64,000 nucleotides of DNA from a virus (lineage: Duplodnaviria > Caudoviricetes): positions 1 to 64,000 of IMG/VR virus record IMGVR_UViG_3300037440_000399; one strand, 5' to 3'. A model generated the notes under the pieces. It worked only from the letters and a program-made list of their open reading frames with translations. It ran no database searches and was not told the origin of the DNA. This document shows, one piece after another, positions 36,309-46,817 of the stretch. The stretch's first letter is position 1; every line of letters starts with the position of its first letter. A program made the position numbers and the translations under genes.

Positions 36309-36598
36309 CATTGCCTCGCCGTTCGCCCTGGAGCCCTCTCCTCGAAGAAGAGCACCACTGCCCCGTGTGCGGAACGCCTACCGACGACACGAACGAGCAG
36401 GGCCGCAAGCGTACCTACTGCTCGTCGCGTTGTCGTGCGACCGCGGGCGCTCGTCGCTCAAGGCGCACGTATGCAAAACGCCGCTCCGTCTCGGTGACTT
36501 GTTTGCAATGCTATGAGCCGTACGCGCCGCCATCGGTGTGCGATCCCTACTGCTCGCTTCGCTGCGCGCACGGGAAGCGGCGGAGGGTGGCAGCGTGA
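36305..36598 (+). CDS. Zn-finger hypothetical protein
   Basis: CPVCG...YCSSRCR...CLQC...YCSLRC. Confidence 0.6.
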   Translation: MTLPRRSPWSPLLEEEHHCPVCGTPTDDTNEQGRKRTYCSSRCRATAGARRSRRTYAKRRSVSVTCLQCYEPYAPPSVCDPYCSLRCAHGKRRRVAA

Positions 36599-36620
36599 CG
36601 ACAAGTAGGAGGATTAAGCT

Positions 36621-37376
36621 GTGAGCAAAGGCGATATTCATAATGATCCGATGAACGACATCGGCGACTATCCGGCACCAGAGACATGGGTTGCGTGGGT
36701 GATGGGATGGGATCCGTCCGTTGCGAAAAAGGTGGTCAAGCTGACCTTTGCATTCTCTGACCGCAACTGGGGAGCACAAATGCTTGCGCTCTGCGAGTCT
36801 CCCATTGAGCGCCTGTTTCTGATCGGCTTAGCTCTTCGTACCGGGGACGAGGAAAATCCTTTTGAGACCGCGTGGACGCAAGGTCCAGACGACCCGGAAG
36901 CGCGAGCCGCGTGGACGCCTCGGCTCTTGCTGAAACGCAACGGTAGGGAGTTGGTGTTGCAAGCGCAGCGTGTTTTTTACGAGAGCGATGACCCGTGGTC
37001 CAATATCGACCCGATAGGTGCGAAACCGATAGCCCGCGTCGATTTCGTCATCTGTGACGAATCAGAAGACCCGCTACTCGCGATCGAGATCGACGGACAC
37101 GAATTCCACGAGCGCACCAAGGAACAGGCCCAGGCAGACCGATCCCGCGACAGATTGTTGCTGCGTTGCGGTGTGCCTGTCGTGAGGTTCACAGGCTCGG
37201 AGGTTCATGCCGATCCCATGGGTTGCGCCAGAGAGGCATTCGATCTTGCGGAGGAAATGGTCGAGCGTATCGAATCGATAGTCGAAACGAGCGTCAGTTT
37301 CGAAATCTACAAGAGGGACCAGCGGACCAGGAACTCCGAGAGCGAGGACTCAGCCGCAACCGAGGCCACCACATGA
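36621..37376 (+). CDS. DUF559/Vsr-like endonuclease domain protein
   Basis: ESPIE, RVDF, IEIDGHEFH, DRSRDR and RFTGSEV motifs; AGGAGG SD. Confidence 0.82.
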   Translation: MSKGDIHNDPMNDIGDYPAPETWVAWVMGWDPSVAKKVVKLTFAFSDRNWGAQMLALCESPIERLFLIGLALRTGDEENPFETAWTQGPDDPEARAAWTPRLLLKRNGRELVLQAQRVFYESDDPWSNIDPIGAKPIARVDFVICDESEDPLLAIEIDGHEFHERTKEQAQADRSRDRLLLRCGVPVVRFTGSEVHADPMGCAREAFDLAEEMVERIESIVETSVSFEIYKRDQRTRNSESEDSAATEATT

Positions 37377-38200
37377 AGCTAAGCGACCACATGCCGGACG
37401 CGAAGCGCATGAGCGACCTCAGTGACAGCGCATTCCGTGTTTACGTCGAAGCTCGGTGTTTTTGCTCTTCCCGTCTCACGGATGGCAGACTTACCGCCAG
37501 GCAGGCGGCGCAGCTGTGTACCCGCAACAAGGACCGGGACGAGCTGATAGAGGCTGGACTTTGGGACGAGCTCGAGGACGGCACGATCGTCGACGCATAT
37601 TACCTGCTGGACAACCCCCTGCGCTCCAAGGTGGAAGCAGACAGGCAGTTGGCAGCGATCCGGGCCCAGAGACATCGTAACGGCGAACGTAACGCCGTGA
37701 CGAACGGCGCACAAGAGCCGTTACGTACAGGCGAACAGACGGCGCACGTAACGGACCCTGAGGCGGAGCTCCCCCCTCACACTCCCCTATCAGAACAGGA
37801 GAGCGATTCTGGGTCTGACGAAATTCAGGATCCGGAATTCGCCTTTCCTGACAAGCCCTTAGAGAACCTGACAGGCAGCGCGCGCGTGGCGCAGAAGCGC
37901 GTGCGCAAGGCGCGCAGAGCGGCATGGAAGCGTGTCCCGGAGGATTGGAATCCGAAGCCAGAACACGAACAGATCGCCAATGAAGAGGGCGTCGATTTCG
38001 ACCGCGAGCTTTCGAAATATCGGGACTGGCATTTCGCGCGATCGCGCGTTGACCCTGACGCAACGTTCCGGAATTGGTTACGCGAGGCCGGCGAGCGCTC
38101 GCGGAGAAACGGCACCCGTCCGGTGAGTCGAGCTGATTCCCAGTTGCAGCGCCAGTTGGCCCGTGTGGCCGAGCTGGAAGCCGAGGAGCGCCGACAATGA
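37373..38200 (+). CDS. phage replication initiator (O-like) with DnaT-like C-terminal domain
   Basis: N-terminal wHTH-like region, low-complexity linker with DNA repeats, C-terminal PEDW.P...F..W...D.DATFRNW; followed by a helicase loader. Confidence 0.75.
   Translation: MKLSDHMPDAKRMSDLSDSAFRVYVEARCFCSSRLTDGRLTARQAAQLCTRNKDRDELIEAGLWDELEDGTIVDAYYLLDNPLRSKVEADRQLAAIRAQRHRNGERNAVTNGAQEPLRTGEQTAHVTDPEAELPPHTPLSEQESDSGSDEIQDPEFAFPDKPLENLTGSARVAQKRVRKARRAAWKRVPEDWNPKPEHEQIANEEGVDFDRELSKYRDWHFARSRVDPDATFRNWLREAGERSRRNGTRPVSRADSQLQRQLARVAELEAEERRQ
37676..37754. repeat. iteron-like CGTAACG repeats (candidate origin)
   Basis: CGTAACGG 37676, CGTAACG 37688, CGTGACG 37696, inverted CCGTTACG 37718, CGTAACGG 37747. 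Confidence 0.55.
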
Positions 38201-38754
38201 CGCGACCAGAAGCGGCTCGGCTCGTGGCAATCCTGATCGCGGCATTCCCGCAGTCGCAAGTCACCGAGCAGACGTCCAAGGTTTACGAGACCTTGCTTGC
38301 TGACCTCGATTTCGAAACGGCACAGGCTGCGGTCCACCGACTTGCGCGGACACTCAATTGGCTGCCGACGATCGCTCAGATTCGCTCCGCGGCCGTCGAG
38401 GTGCAGCACGGGGCGCGCCGCATCGGAAGTGAAGCCTGGGGCGACGTCGTGGCAGAGATACGCCGAGTCGGGGCGTACGGCGATCCTCGGTGGTCTGACC
38501 CGACCGTCGAGTCATGTGTTCGGGCGCTTGGTTGGCGGAACCTATGTCTCGGGCAAAACGAAGCGGCGGACCGTGCACGGTTCGTGGAACTCTACGATGG
38601 GCTACAGGAGCGCCACCGGCTCGACGCTGTGGCGGGCCGCGCTCTGCCGCCAGCGCGGAGCTACGCTGCGCTACCGGAGACCACTGTGCGCAACGTGGCG
38701 CCGTTGCTCGAAGGTATCGGGAAACCGATGCCACGGCGAGGCAACGGCCCATGA
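38197..38754 (+). CDS. replicative helicase loader/inhibitor (G39P-like N-terminus)
   Basis: EAARLVAILIAAFP...Y..LL.DL....AV.......WLPTIAQIR. Confidence 0.72.
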   Translation: MTRPEAARLVAILIAAFPQSQVTEQTSKVYETLLADLDFETAQAAVHRLARTLNWLPTIAQIRSAAVEVQHGARRIGSEAWGDVVAEIRRVGAYGDPRWSDPTVESCVRALGWRNLCLGQNEAADRARFVELYDGLQERHRLDAVAGRALPPARSYAALPETTVRNVAPLLEGIGKPMPRRGNGP

Positions 38755-38926
38755 CCCGCTGCGCCTCCCCGACCTGCGCCACCCCCAACGCCGTCGCATT
38801 CTGGGAAGTGGCGCCGTTGACCAAGCACAAGGACGCGCGGCCGATATGGCTGTGCTCGGCATGCCTCGCCCTGTGGTGCGACTCGAAAGGCGCGAAGCCG
38901 CGCGAGTCGACGGAGGCGAAACCAAA

Positions 38927-39299
38927 ATGACCAACACATCCGACGCCGACCTACTCCGCCGCGTCATCGATCGCGACACGGAACGCCGAGCGGGCGATGA
39001 AACCGTTGCGATTTTGCATGCCCAAGAGCGCGAGGCATTCGAGAGCATGCTGCGCCAACTCGACAGGCCGATATTGCGCAAGCTCGGCGAGCGAAACGAA
39101 CTCAGCCCGAAGCAAAAAGCATGGCTAATCCGCCGCAGTCCGCCTCGGCGTGCTCGACGTTGCGCCGGCCGCAAACGTGTTCAGCAGCTTGCCGCCAGCG
39201 GAGCAGCGGGCGCACAAGGCACGAGCGGCAAGCGTTGTGCTGCCGTGGGAGGAGCCGGGGTACGCAAGGCCTCTCCGTCCGCCAGGTAGGAAGCCATGA
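38927..39299 (+). pseudogene. hypothetical gene with a probable single-base frameshift near 39128
   Basis: After KQKAWL the shifted frame reads SAAVRLGVLDVAPAANVFSSL...PLRPPGRKP* and ends in an ATGA overlap with the next gene. Confidence 0.55.
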
Positions 39300-41304
39300 G
39301 CGACGCTACGTACGCGAGCCTCATGGAGGAACTGGGCAACGTCGCTCTCCATCAGCCGCTGTGGCCAGGCGACACGGTCTCGCACGCTGGCGCGTATGAG
39401 CTTTGCCGACTCGGACTCATTCGTAGGCACGAAGATGGCGGCGGCCACTGGGTGCTCACGGAACTCGGGCTGCTCACGTATTGGGCTGAGCGGCGCGCGA
39501 CGAAGCCGCCTGGGAGGACGTGATGTCAGCCAATCACATGGTGTGGGAGTTGAAGGCGCGGCTCGACGAGCTCGAGAAACGCCACGAGCAGCTGGCCGAT
39601 CTGGTTCTGAAAATGGCACGCTTGGCGCGCCTGCTCATGAGTGAATGCAGCGAAGAAGAGTGCGAGGCGATAGCAGCGGACGCCGATCGCGCGGCGGCGA
39701 AACTTGAACCGCCGAAGCCCGTGCCGCGGCCGCCGCGCCGCAGGGGAGGACGTGATGGGTGACGTGGTCGATATCGAAGAGGCCCGCGCAAACCGCGGCG
39801 TACCGTACGAGCTCACCATCGAGGACGGAGACGTGGTGCTACGGATACCGATGCCGTTTGGTGGACTGAAACGGGCGTATCGTTTCACGCCAGCCGTTGC
39901 CGATACGCTGGCGCGCAGGCTACTTGTGCTTGCGGCGAGCGCCCGCAACGAAAGCCGCGAGCCATGAGCAACGCCCGCAATCACCTCGAGTCCCTGTTCG
40001 CGCAGATGCACGAGAGTCAGCTACGCGAGCAGCTGCACAAGGAAGAAAAAGCGAAACACGAGGCCGAGATCGCGAGGATCATGCTGGAGCACGTGACGAA
40101 GCATCTTGAGCTGCCGGATGTGCCAGGGTGGAAAACATGAGAGCCAGCGAACGCATCATCGAGATCGCCAGCAGCGTCGCGTACACAGACGACAACGGGA
40201 TGACACTCATTCGCACACACGACCTAGTCCACGCACTACAGGTCTACATCGACGAGCTCGAGGAGCGCGTGAGGAAGCTCGAGGCGAAGGTGGAAGGAAA
40301 GGAATCGCGATGAGCACAACGACGGCAGTGATCGTGCTCGCCTGTGTAACGGTGGCGGTCTTTGCAATTGCGAATGTGGGCGTCTGGCTCGTTGCGCGCG
40401 AGGTACTTAATCACAGACGCAGAATCGCGACCGAGATCGCCGAGACCGAGGCCAGCATCAAGCGCGGCGTGCGGCGGACAGACCACAGGTTCGAACCATG
40501 ACTAACCCCTACCGCACAACCGCCGATGTCCGCATCTCGCCCTCGCTCACTGTGCACAGCGTCGAAGCACTGAACGCCGAGCGCGGTTACGTCATCCTGA
40601 AACTCATCGTCCACTACGACTCGTCAATCGCGGGCAACGTCGTCACGCTGCGCATGACGTGGGAGCAAGCGCAGAAGATCGGTCTCGCACTGGAGCGCGC
40701 GGGCGATACGTCCGAGGACATTGGAGAGCAAAGCCTGTGACCGCCGACCGCGACCAGCAGATCGCCGAGCTCCGCGAGACGCTTAGGTGGGCCCGCGTTG
40801 TGGGGACGTGTGGCGAGTGCAGGCATTGGGTGCCCAACGACGGGGTGACAGAGCACGGCCAGTGCGTGCGCTTCCAACAGGAGCCGGGTGCCGTCCTAGA
40901 TCAGCGCTTGGCAACGCTGCCAGCATTCACGCTGTATCGAATCGGCGAGCGCCATGCGTTTTTCTGTCTGCCGACGTTCGGTTGCGCATTGCACGAGCCG
41001 CACGAGCCTGACAGCGAAGCGGCGCAAGCAAGGAGCGAAGGGCAATGAGCGCAGTCAAAAATTGGCACGTCGGCGAGCGGGTCGTTTCATTGCGCACGAA
41101 TCGTGCGGTGCTGCTCTCGGACAATGGCCACCAGTGCACGCTGGCGACGAGCCGAGCCGGTTTGCTGGCGCTCGTCGAGGCGCTGAAGGAATGCGCGGAC
41201 GAGATGCGCGAGCCGAGAGAGGACGACGGGACATGAGCGCCGCCAAGGTCCGCCGCAAGCTGACGCGGATGCAGAGGGAGCACATGAAAGAAAAAACCCG
41301 CTGA
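39296..41304 (+). other. run of small coupled hypothetical genes
   Basis: 39296-39523, 39520-39762, 39755-39967, 39964-40140, 40137-40313, 40310-40501, 40498-40740, 40737-41048, 41045-41236, linked by start/stop overlaps. Confidence 0.55.
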
Positions 41305-41360
41305 CGTGGCCAACGGGTTCCTTCGGGCGCTTTGGCGGGCGGCTTGGAGGAAGATCCTAC

Positions 41361-42371
41361 ATGGCAAACGCTGTCCAGTCGAGCGCAACCGAGCTGGCCT
41401 CGGTCGTGCAGTCATCCAAGGAACCCGTAACCACCAAGCTCGCTGCTTTCGTTGGGCTACTGCGGGCCCTGAGCAATACGCCGAAAAGAACCATCGGGCT
41501 CCGAGACGAAGCCGCGCTGACGTGGTTCTTTGGCCCGGGCATGGCCACGTTCGAGCGCAGCGTGTTCGGTGCCATGTGCGAGCGCATGCAACGCGATGGG
41601 GCGAACTCGAAGCGCTGTCCAAAGTGCCACGGAGAGGGTGTCCTGAACGAGGGCGGATTCGCGAGCCGCACGAAAAAAGACGACGACCAGGCACGGCGCA
41701 ACGTGAAAGCTGGCGGCTGGTGCGAGGCATGCAACGGGACAGGCGCAGTGCCGGCCGAGCGCGGAAAGCACCCACCTTGCCGGACCGGCACGATTGCCTG
41801 CCCGCCCTGCAGCGGGACGGGCATAGCTGGACTGAAACGGCATCGCAAGGGGCCATTGCGCGGCAAGCGGGCGCGCCGGAGAGCGGAAATTCTCGAGAGC
41901 GCGGCGCCCTGCATGCGCTGCAGAGCCACGGGCGTGATCGAAGTCGACCCGGCATTCGGAACCGACGACGGCGCTTACATTGTCCCCGGACCGAACGACG
42001 AGGCGTTGACGCGATACGGCGTGATCAGCAGGCGCGTTGCGATTCTCTCTCGCCGCGACCCGAGGTTGGTCGAAGTCCTGCGGGCCTACTACGGCGACGC
42101 TGGCTCGCGATGGGGCAGAGAGCGGCAAGGGCGCATCTTCGCTGTCTACCCGCTGACCCGGGCGGGCAAATCGCTGCTCAGGCTCGGCGGAAAAGCGCAA
42201 GGCAATGCGGCCAGCCTGCGTGATTCCGAACGCCTCGGTGTGGAATCGGAGCTCGAAAAGACGCAGCCGAAAGAGCAACGCCGGGCGCTGCTCGACGCCG
42301 CGGATAGGCAGGCCCGAGAGATGTACGCGCGCACTGCCGAGGTGTGGAACACCATCGCGAGGCAGCGGTGA
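41361..42371 (+). CDS. late-gene regulator candidate (Q-like position) with four CxxCxGxG motifs
   Basis: CPKCHGEG, CEACNGTG, CPPCSGTG and CMRCRATG; sits just before the packaging genes. Confidence 0.55.
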   Translation: MANAVQSSATELASVVQSSKEPVTTKLAAFVGLLRALSNTPKRTIGLRDEAALTWFFGPGMATFERSVFGAMCERMQRDGANSKRCPKCHGEGVLNEGGFASRTKKDDDQARRNVKAGGWCEACNGTGAVPAERGKHPPCRTGTIACPPCSGTGIAGLKRHRKGPLRGKRARRRAEILESAAPCMRCRATGVIEVDPAFGTDDGAYIVPGPNDEALTRYGVISRRVAILSRRDPRLVEVLRAYYGDAGSRWGRERQGRIFAVYPLTRAGKSLLRLGGKAQGNAASLRDSERLGVESELEKTQPKEQRRALLDAADRQAREMYARTAEVWNTIARQR

Positions 42372-42562
42372 GAATCAAAGGCAAGGTCTACATCGCGACC
42401 AACGAAATCGCGCAGCTCATGGGCTGGAACACACGCCGAGCTCGCCGCTGGCTCAGGCGTGAAGGGGCGGCTGTGAGAATCGGCGGACGTTGGTATACGA
42501 CCCGCGGTCGTTTGCGTTCGGCGTTTCCCGAGGTTCTTGACCACTTGCACGGGCTTACGTGA
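42368..42562 (+). CDS. small winged-HTH DNA-binding protein
   Basis: YIATNEIAQLMGWNTRRARRWL...RIGGRWY. Confidence 0.7.
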   Translation: MRIKGKVYIATNEIAQLMGWNTRRARRWLRREGAAVRIGGRWYTTRGRLRSAFPEVLDHLHGLT

Positions 42563-42570
42563 GAAGGGGG

Positions 42571-42620
42571 CCAGATAACGCCACAGAGAGCCCCGAAGAG
42601 CCACAGAGAGCCACGGGGGC
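42571..42620. repeat. 10-bp phased tandem repeats upstream of terS
   Basis: CCAGATAACG/CCACAGAGAG/CCCCGAAGAG/CCACAGAGAG/CCACGGGGGC. Confidence 0.7.
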
Positions 42621-42840
42621 GCAACAGCTTAGGTTTTAAGAGCGCGCGGACGGGGCAACGCCTCGCGCGGGCTAGACCGGTCCTAGTGGTCACGTCCGAA
42701 TATTCGCGGCGCATCAGTCGCGGTCCCCTCGAGCCGACGCTGCGCCGACCCCGCGAGCGCAAGGTCATCACGGCGACGCTCGCGGAGCGGAAGACGAACG
42801 CCAGGCGGCGGATCGTTCACGGACGGGCGGCGGTGCAGTG

Positions 42841-43353
42841 ATGGAGCCGACAAATCGATCCACTCACGCGCGACCCTCGGACAATCCGGCGGAACTCAAA
42901 ACGCGGGAGGAGCGGGTCGACTTCATCGCCGAGGTAATGACGGCGCTCAAGTGGGAGCGCGGCAAGAGCGGGCCGCCGCTGGCCAGACTTTGGGGCGTGA
43001 CCGAGGCTACGGTTCGTGACTACGCGGCAGAAGCGTCGCGGAGAGTGACGGCCGATGCTGAAGAGGTCCGGCGCGAGATCACAGTGCGCGGACTCGGAAT
43101 GCTGAGAGCTGCCCATCACGACGGCCAGGCCCGAGACTTCGCAGCGCTGGGCAAGCTACTGGCGGATGTGTCGGGCGCGAACGCGCCGGCCAAGCACGAG
43201 GTGCTAGCGGGTACACTGGAGCCGTCGCCAGCCGAGGCCGCACGCCTCGTGCGAGAGCGTTTCGGTGGCCACGCAATGAAAGACGACGATGAGGCTGGGA
43301 ACGCCGAACCCTCGGGTGATGGCGGACTACCAAGCGACGCTACCAAGACGTGA
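42841..43353 (+). CDS. terS: terminase small subunit
   Basis: HTH (LARLWGVTEATVRDY), helical body, and position directly before terL. Confidence 0.7.
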   Translation: MEPTNRSTHARPSDNPAELKTREERVDFIAEVMTALKWERGKSGPPLARLWGVTEATVRDYAAEASRRVTADAEEVRREITVRGLGMLRAAHHDGQARDFAALGKLLADVSGANAPAKHEVLAGTLEPSPAEAARLVRERFGGHAMKDDDEAGNAEPSGDGGLPSDATKT

Positions 43354-44641
43354 GTATGCCGCGCTCGATGCGTGGCTGAGCCAGTTCTATCAGTATCAGC
43401 TGACTTGGATGCTCGAGCCCGCGAAGCGCGCGGCGTGCGTCAAGGCGAGACAGATCGGCTGGAGCCATTCGACTGCCGGCAACGGAGCCCTGTGGGGCGC
43501 GTTTCACGGCGAGCACACAACGATCCTAAGCAAGGGCGACAAGGAATCGAAAGAGGTACTCGAGAAAGCGCGCATTCACGCCGATGTGCTCGTGGCGCTC
43601 GGGTCGACGTTCGCTGTGCCCACGCGCTCGACACACGACGAGCTCTGCTTTCGTAGCGGCGGCCGAATTCTGGCACTACCGAGCACAGGCGGTCGGGGCT
43701 TCACGGGCAACCTGATTCTCGACGAATTCGCCTACCACCCGCATCCCAAGCAAGCATGGGACGCAGCGGTCCCGGCGATGCGGCTTGGTGACTTTCGCCT
43801 GCGTGTCATATCGACACCGAACGGCGTGGGCAACGAATTCCACACGCTCGTCAAGCGCATCCGCGCGGGCATCATGAAGCAGACCAAGCTTCATGAAGTC
43901 ACGATCGACGACGCAGCGCGAGACGGCTTTCCTGTCGACATCGAACAATGCTGGGAAGACGCAAAGGGCGACCCGAGGCTTTTCGATCAGCTCTTCCGTT
44001 GCAAGTTCCTGGACGGCGAACTCCAATACATCCCGTCCGATCTCATCGACGCCTGCAGCACCGACGACCTTCGTACGAGCGAGGGGGCCTACTTCGCTGG
44101 CCTCGACGTAGGCAAGACGGTCGATCGCACCGTGCTCGTAGTGCTACGCAAGACAGCGGGGCCCGCGTACGTAACGCAGCATATCGAGACGATAAAACGC
44201 ACAGACAACGACGGCCTAGACGCCATGGTGGAGCGCGCATTCAAGCGCTACGACCTGCGTCGGCTCTGCGTAGACGCGACCGGCATGGGTGCATTCCCTG
44301 CCGAGCGTATGCAAAAGCGTTTTGGCAGCTCGAAAATCGAGCCTGTCACGTTCACGCTGCAGACCAAGGAAGACTTGGCCACGGCGCTCTACACGGCGTT
44401 CGCGAAGAATACGATTCGTATTCCAAAGACGGACGGCGCGCGCACGGCGGACAGCAAATTCGAGCGTGGCGAGCCAGAGCAGCTGCGTGAGGACATCGCG
44501 TCGCTACGTCGTATCATCACGACCGCGGGCAACGTCCGCTACGACGCGCCTCACACCGACGAGGGGCACGCAGATCGCGCATGGGCGCTCGCGCTAGGGC
44601 TGCATGCCGCCATGACGGCGCCCACCTACGCGCGACTCTGA
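43289..44641 (+). CDS. terL: terminase large subunit (Mu gp28-like/Terminase_6); start uncertain (43289 or 43319)
   Basis: KARQIGWS (Walker A), LILDEFA (Walker B), ISTPNG, GLDVG..VD, DATGMG and GHADRAWALAL motifs. Confidence 0.93.
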   Translation: MRLGTPNPRVMADYQATLPRREYAALDAWLSQFYQYQLTWMLEPAKRAACVKARQIGWSHSTAGNGALWGAFHGEHTTILSKGDKESKEVLEKARIHADVLVALGSTFAVPTRSTHDELCFRSGGRILALPSTGGRGFTGNLILDEFAYHPHPKQAWDAAVPAMRLGDFRLRVISTPNGVGNEFHTLVKRIRAGIMKQTKLHEVTIDDAARDGFPVDIEQCWEDAKGDPRLFDQLFRCKFLDGELQYIPSDLIDACSTDDLRTSEGAYFAGLDVGKTVDRTVLVVLRKTAGPAYVTQHIETIKRTDNDGLDAMVERAFKRYDLRRLCVDATGMGAFPAERMQKRFGSSKIEPVTFTLQTKEDLATALYTAFAKNTIRIPKTDGARTADSKFERGEPEQLREDIASLRRIITTAGNVRYDAPHTDEGHADRAWALALGLHAAMTAPTYARL

Positions 44642-44642
44642 C

Positions 44643-46235
44643 ATGCCCACAATTGCTGACCTCAATCAAAAGCACCCGAGCTACGACGCCGAGAGGCAGT
44701 GCGAGCTCCGGGCAATCTACGAGGGCGACCAGCTCTTTGAGCAGCGGATCAAAACATTCCTGCTTCAGGAAGAACGTGAGCCACCCGAGCGCTACTCGGG
44801 GCGCTGCAAGCGAGCGCACTACCGCAACTACGTCGGGCCCATTGTCGATTTCTTTGCCTCGATGCTCTTTGCGTCGCGGCCAATCGTCAAAGCGCAACGC
44901 GAGGGCGAAGACGAGCCGCTGCCTGACCCGGGCGAGTACTACAACGAGTTTCGCGAGGACTGTGACCGCGGCGGTACGAACATTGACGCCTTTTTCAAGG
45001 CGCGCCTCACCGACGCAATGGTGGGCGGCGTAGCATGGCTCCGGCTCTCCCACGCGAACGAAGGCGAACAGCCCGCAGCGACTAAGGCGGACTTCGAGGC
45101 ACGCAAGCTCGGGGATAGCTGGCTCGAGACGGTCGACGCGTGCGATGTCTACGATTGGGACACGGATAACGCGGGGCGTTTGCTCTGGGCCATTGTGCAC
45201 CGGGTCGAGGCACGACGCGCCAGCCTGAGCGCGAGCCGCAACCAGATCACCGAGACGTGGGATTATCTGCTCCCGGACCGCATCGAGACCTACTCGATTA
45301 CGTACGACAAGGACAAGCCGCCGGACGTAAAAGCCGAAGTGCCGCGCGTCGGCGGAGGGCCGCACCGTTACGGTAGCGTGCCGCTCGTTTGCTTGAGCTT
45401 GCCGTCCGCACTGTGGGTTGCCTCGCGATTACGTTCGCCGCAGCTCGCTCATTTTCGCGCATCGAACGCGCAATCGCATTCGTTACGGGCCACGGCCTAT
45501 GCCATGCCGGTCGCGAAGGTCGCAGACCCGGAAGCTTTCGCCAAGGCATTGCACGGCGCCGGTTACGGCATCGTGATCGGCAAGGACGAAGACTGGGCGT
45601 GGGAAGCGCCCCCATCTGGACACTTCGCGGCACTCGACACCGAGATCAAGAGCCACAAGGACGAGATTTTTCGCATCGCCAATCAGATGGCGCTTGGCGT
45701 GGAAAACAACGCCGCGGCCGTCGGGCGCAGTGCCGAGAGCAAGGTAGCCGACGCCGAGCAGACACGGGTCGCACTGGTGGCGTTTTCGCGCGCCATCAAA
45801 GAGTGCATCGAATACACGCTCGAACTTATCAGCGCGGCGCGCGGCGACCAGTACGATTGGAGCGTAGAGGGTCTCGACGACTTCGCTGCACTCGATGTGC
45901 CGGGGTTGGTTGAGACGCTCGAGAAAATCAAAGCGATGGGCGGCGTGCCCAGTCGCACGTTCAACGTGCAGGTGAACACGCGCGTTGCAGAGGCCTTGCT
46001 CCGAGATGCGAGCGAAGAGGTCAAGGCGACCATTCGCAAAGAAATCGAAGACGGGACGCCGGAGCCGGGCGAAGAGCTCGAGGCCGAGGTGGAACGTTTG
46101 CATGCGCTCGCGAGCGGCTTGAATGGCAATGGCGAAGAGAAGCCGGGAGGAGATCGCAGCGGAGGCGGAGAAAAACCGCCGCAAGCTTTTGGCCGCCGAG
46201 GCCGTCGCCCTGCTGCTCCTCCGCCGTCGTCGTGA
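44643..46235 (+). CDS. portal protein
   Basis: 530 aa directly after terL, with a portal-like helical pattern (AVGRSAESK..D). Confidence 0.8.
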   Translation: MPTIADLNQKHPSYDAERQCELRAIYEGDQLFEQRIKTFLLQEEREPPERYSGRCKRAHYRNYVGPIVDFFASMLFASRPIVKAQREGEDEPLPDPGEYYNEFREDCDRGGTNIDAFFKARLTDAMVGGVAWLRLSHANEGEQPAATKADFEARKLGDSWLETVDACDVYDWDTDNAGRLLWAIVHRVEARRASLSASRNQITETWDYLLPDRIETYSITYDKDKPPDVKAEVPRVGGGPHRYGSVPLVCLSLPSALWVASRLRSPQLAHFRASNAQSHSLRATAYAMPVAKVADPEAFAKALHGAGYGIVIGKDEDWAWEAPPSGHFAALDTEIKSHKDEIFRIANQMALGVENNAAAVGRSAESKVADAEQTRVALVAFSRAIKECIEYTLELISAARGDQYDWSVEGLDDFAALDVPGLVETLEKIKAMGGVPSRTFNVQVNTRVAEALLRDASEEVKATIRKEIEDGTPEPGEELEAEVERLHALASGLNGNGEEKPGGDRSGGGEKPPQAFGRRGRRPAAPPPSS

Positions 46236-46812
46236 CAGCGCAATAGGCGCAGGCGGTAGCGCTGACGCGATTGCATCACGTATCGAAGCCGGCGAGCGGC
46301 GCGCCATAGCCGAAGCCCGACAGCTGGCGCGATTGGCTGGCGTCTCAAGGCTCCGCGTCGAAGCTGCCAGCGTGGGCGTTAGACTGCAAAACGTTGGAGC
46401 GGTAGCGCGCGCCGAAGTGGCTCGCGACCTAGCTCGAGCCAAGCAAGCGGCGGGAAGCTTTGTGAGTCGCTGGCTGCGCAACGCAACGGTAGGCGGCGTC
46501 GACGCCGCAACCGCAGCAACACAAGGCAGCCTCCGGCGTATTGCCGTGACCGAGAGCGCAGAAGCCTACGGCAGCGGGCGCGCAAAGGTCTTGCGGGCGC
46601 AGCCACGTATCATTCGACTGCTGCGCGTTTGGGACGCCACGCTGGACAAGCGTACGTGCCCAATCTGTCGCGGAGCCGATGGCACGATCGTTGGAGCACG
46701 CGAGTCATTCCCGGACGGCGAGCCCGGCGCCGTGCATCCCTGGTGCCGCTGCACGTACACGCTCTTGACCGAGACCGAAACGAACAACGGACGCCTGATC
46801 GAGGCAGCGTAA
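46123..46812 (+). CDS. head morphogenesis protein (Mu gpF/SPP1 gp7-like)
   Basis: RIAVTE, WDATLDKRTCPIC...DG and HPWCRC motifs. Confidence 0.85.
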   Translation: MAMAKRSREEIAAEAEKNRRKLLAAEAVALLLLRRRRDSAIGAGGSADAIASRIEAGERRAIAEARQLARLAGVSRLRVEAASVGVRLQNVGAVARAEVARDLARAKQAAGSFVSRWLRNATVGGVDAATAATQGSLRRIAVTESAEAYGSGRAKVLRAQPRIIRLLRVWDATLDKRTCPICRGADGTIVGARESFPDGEPGAVHPWCRCTYTLLTETETNNGRLIEAA

Positions 46813-46817
46813 GCAGA

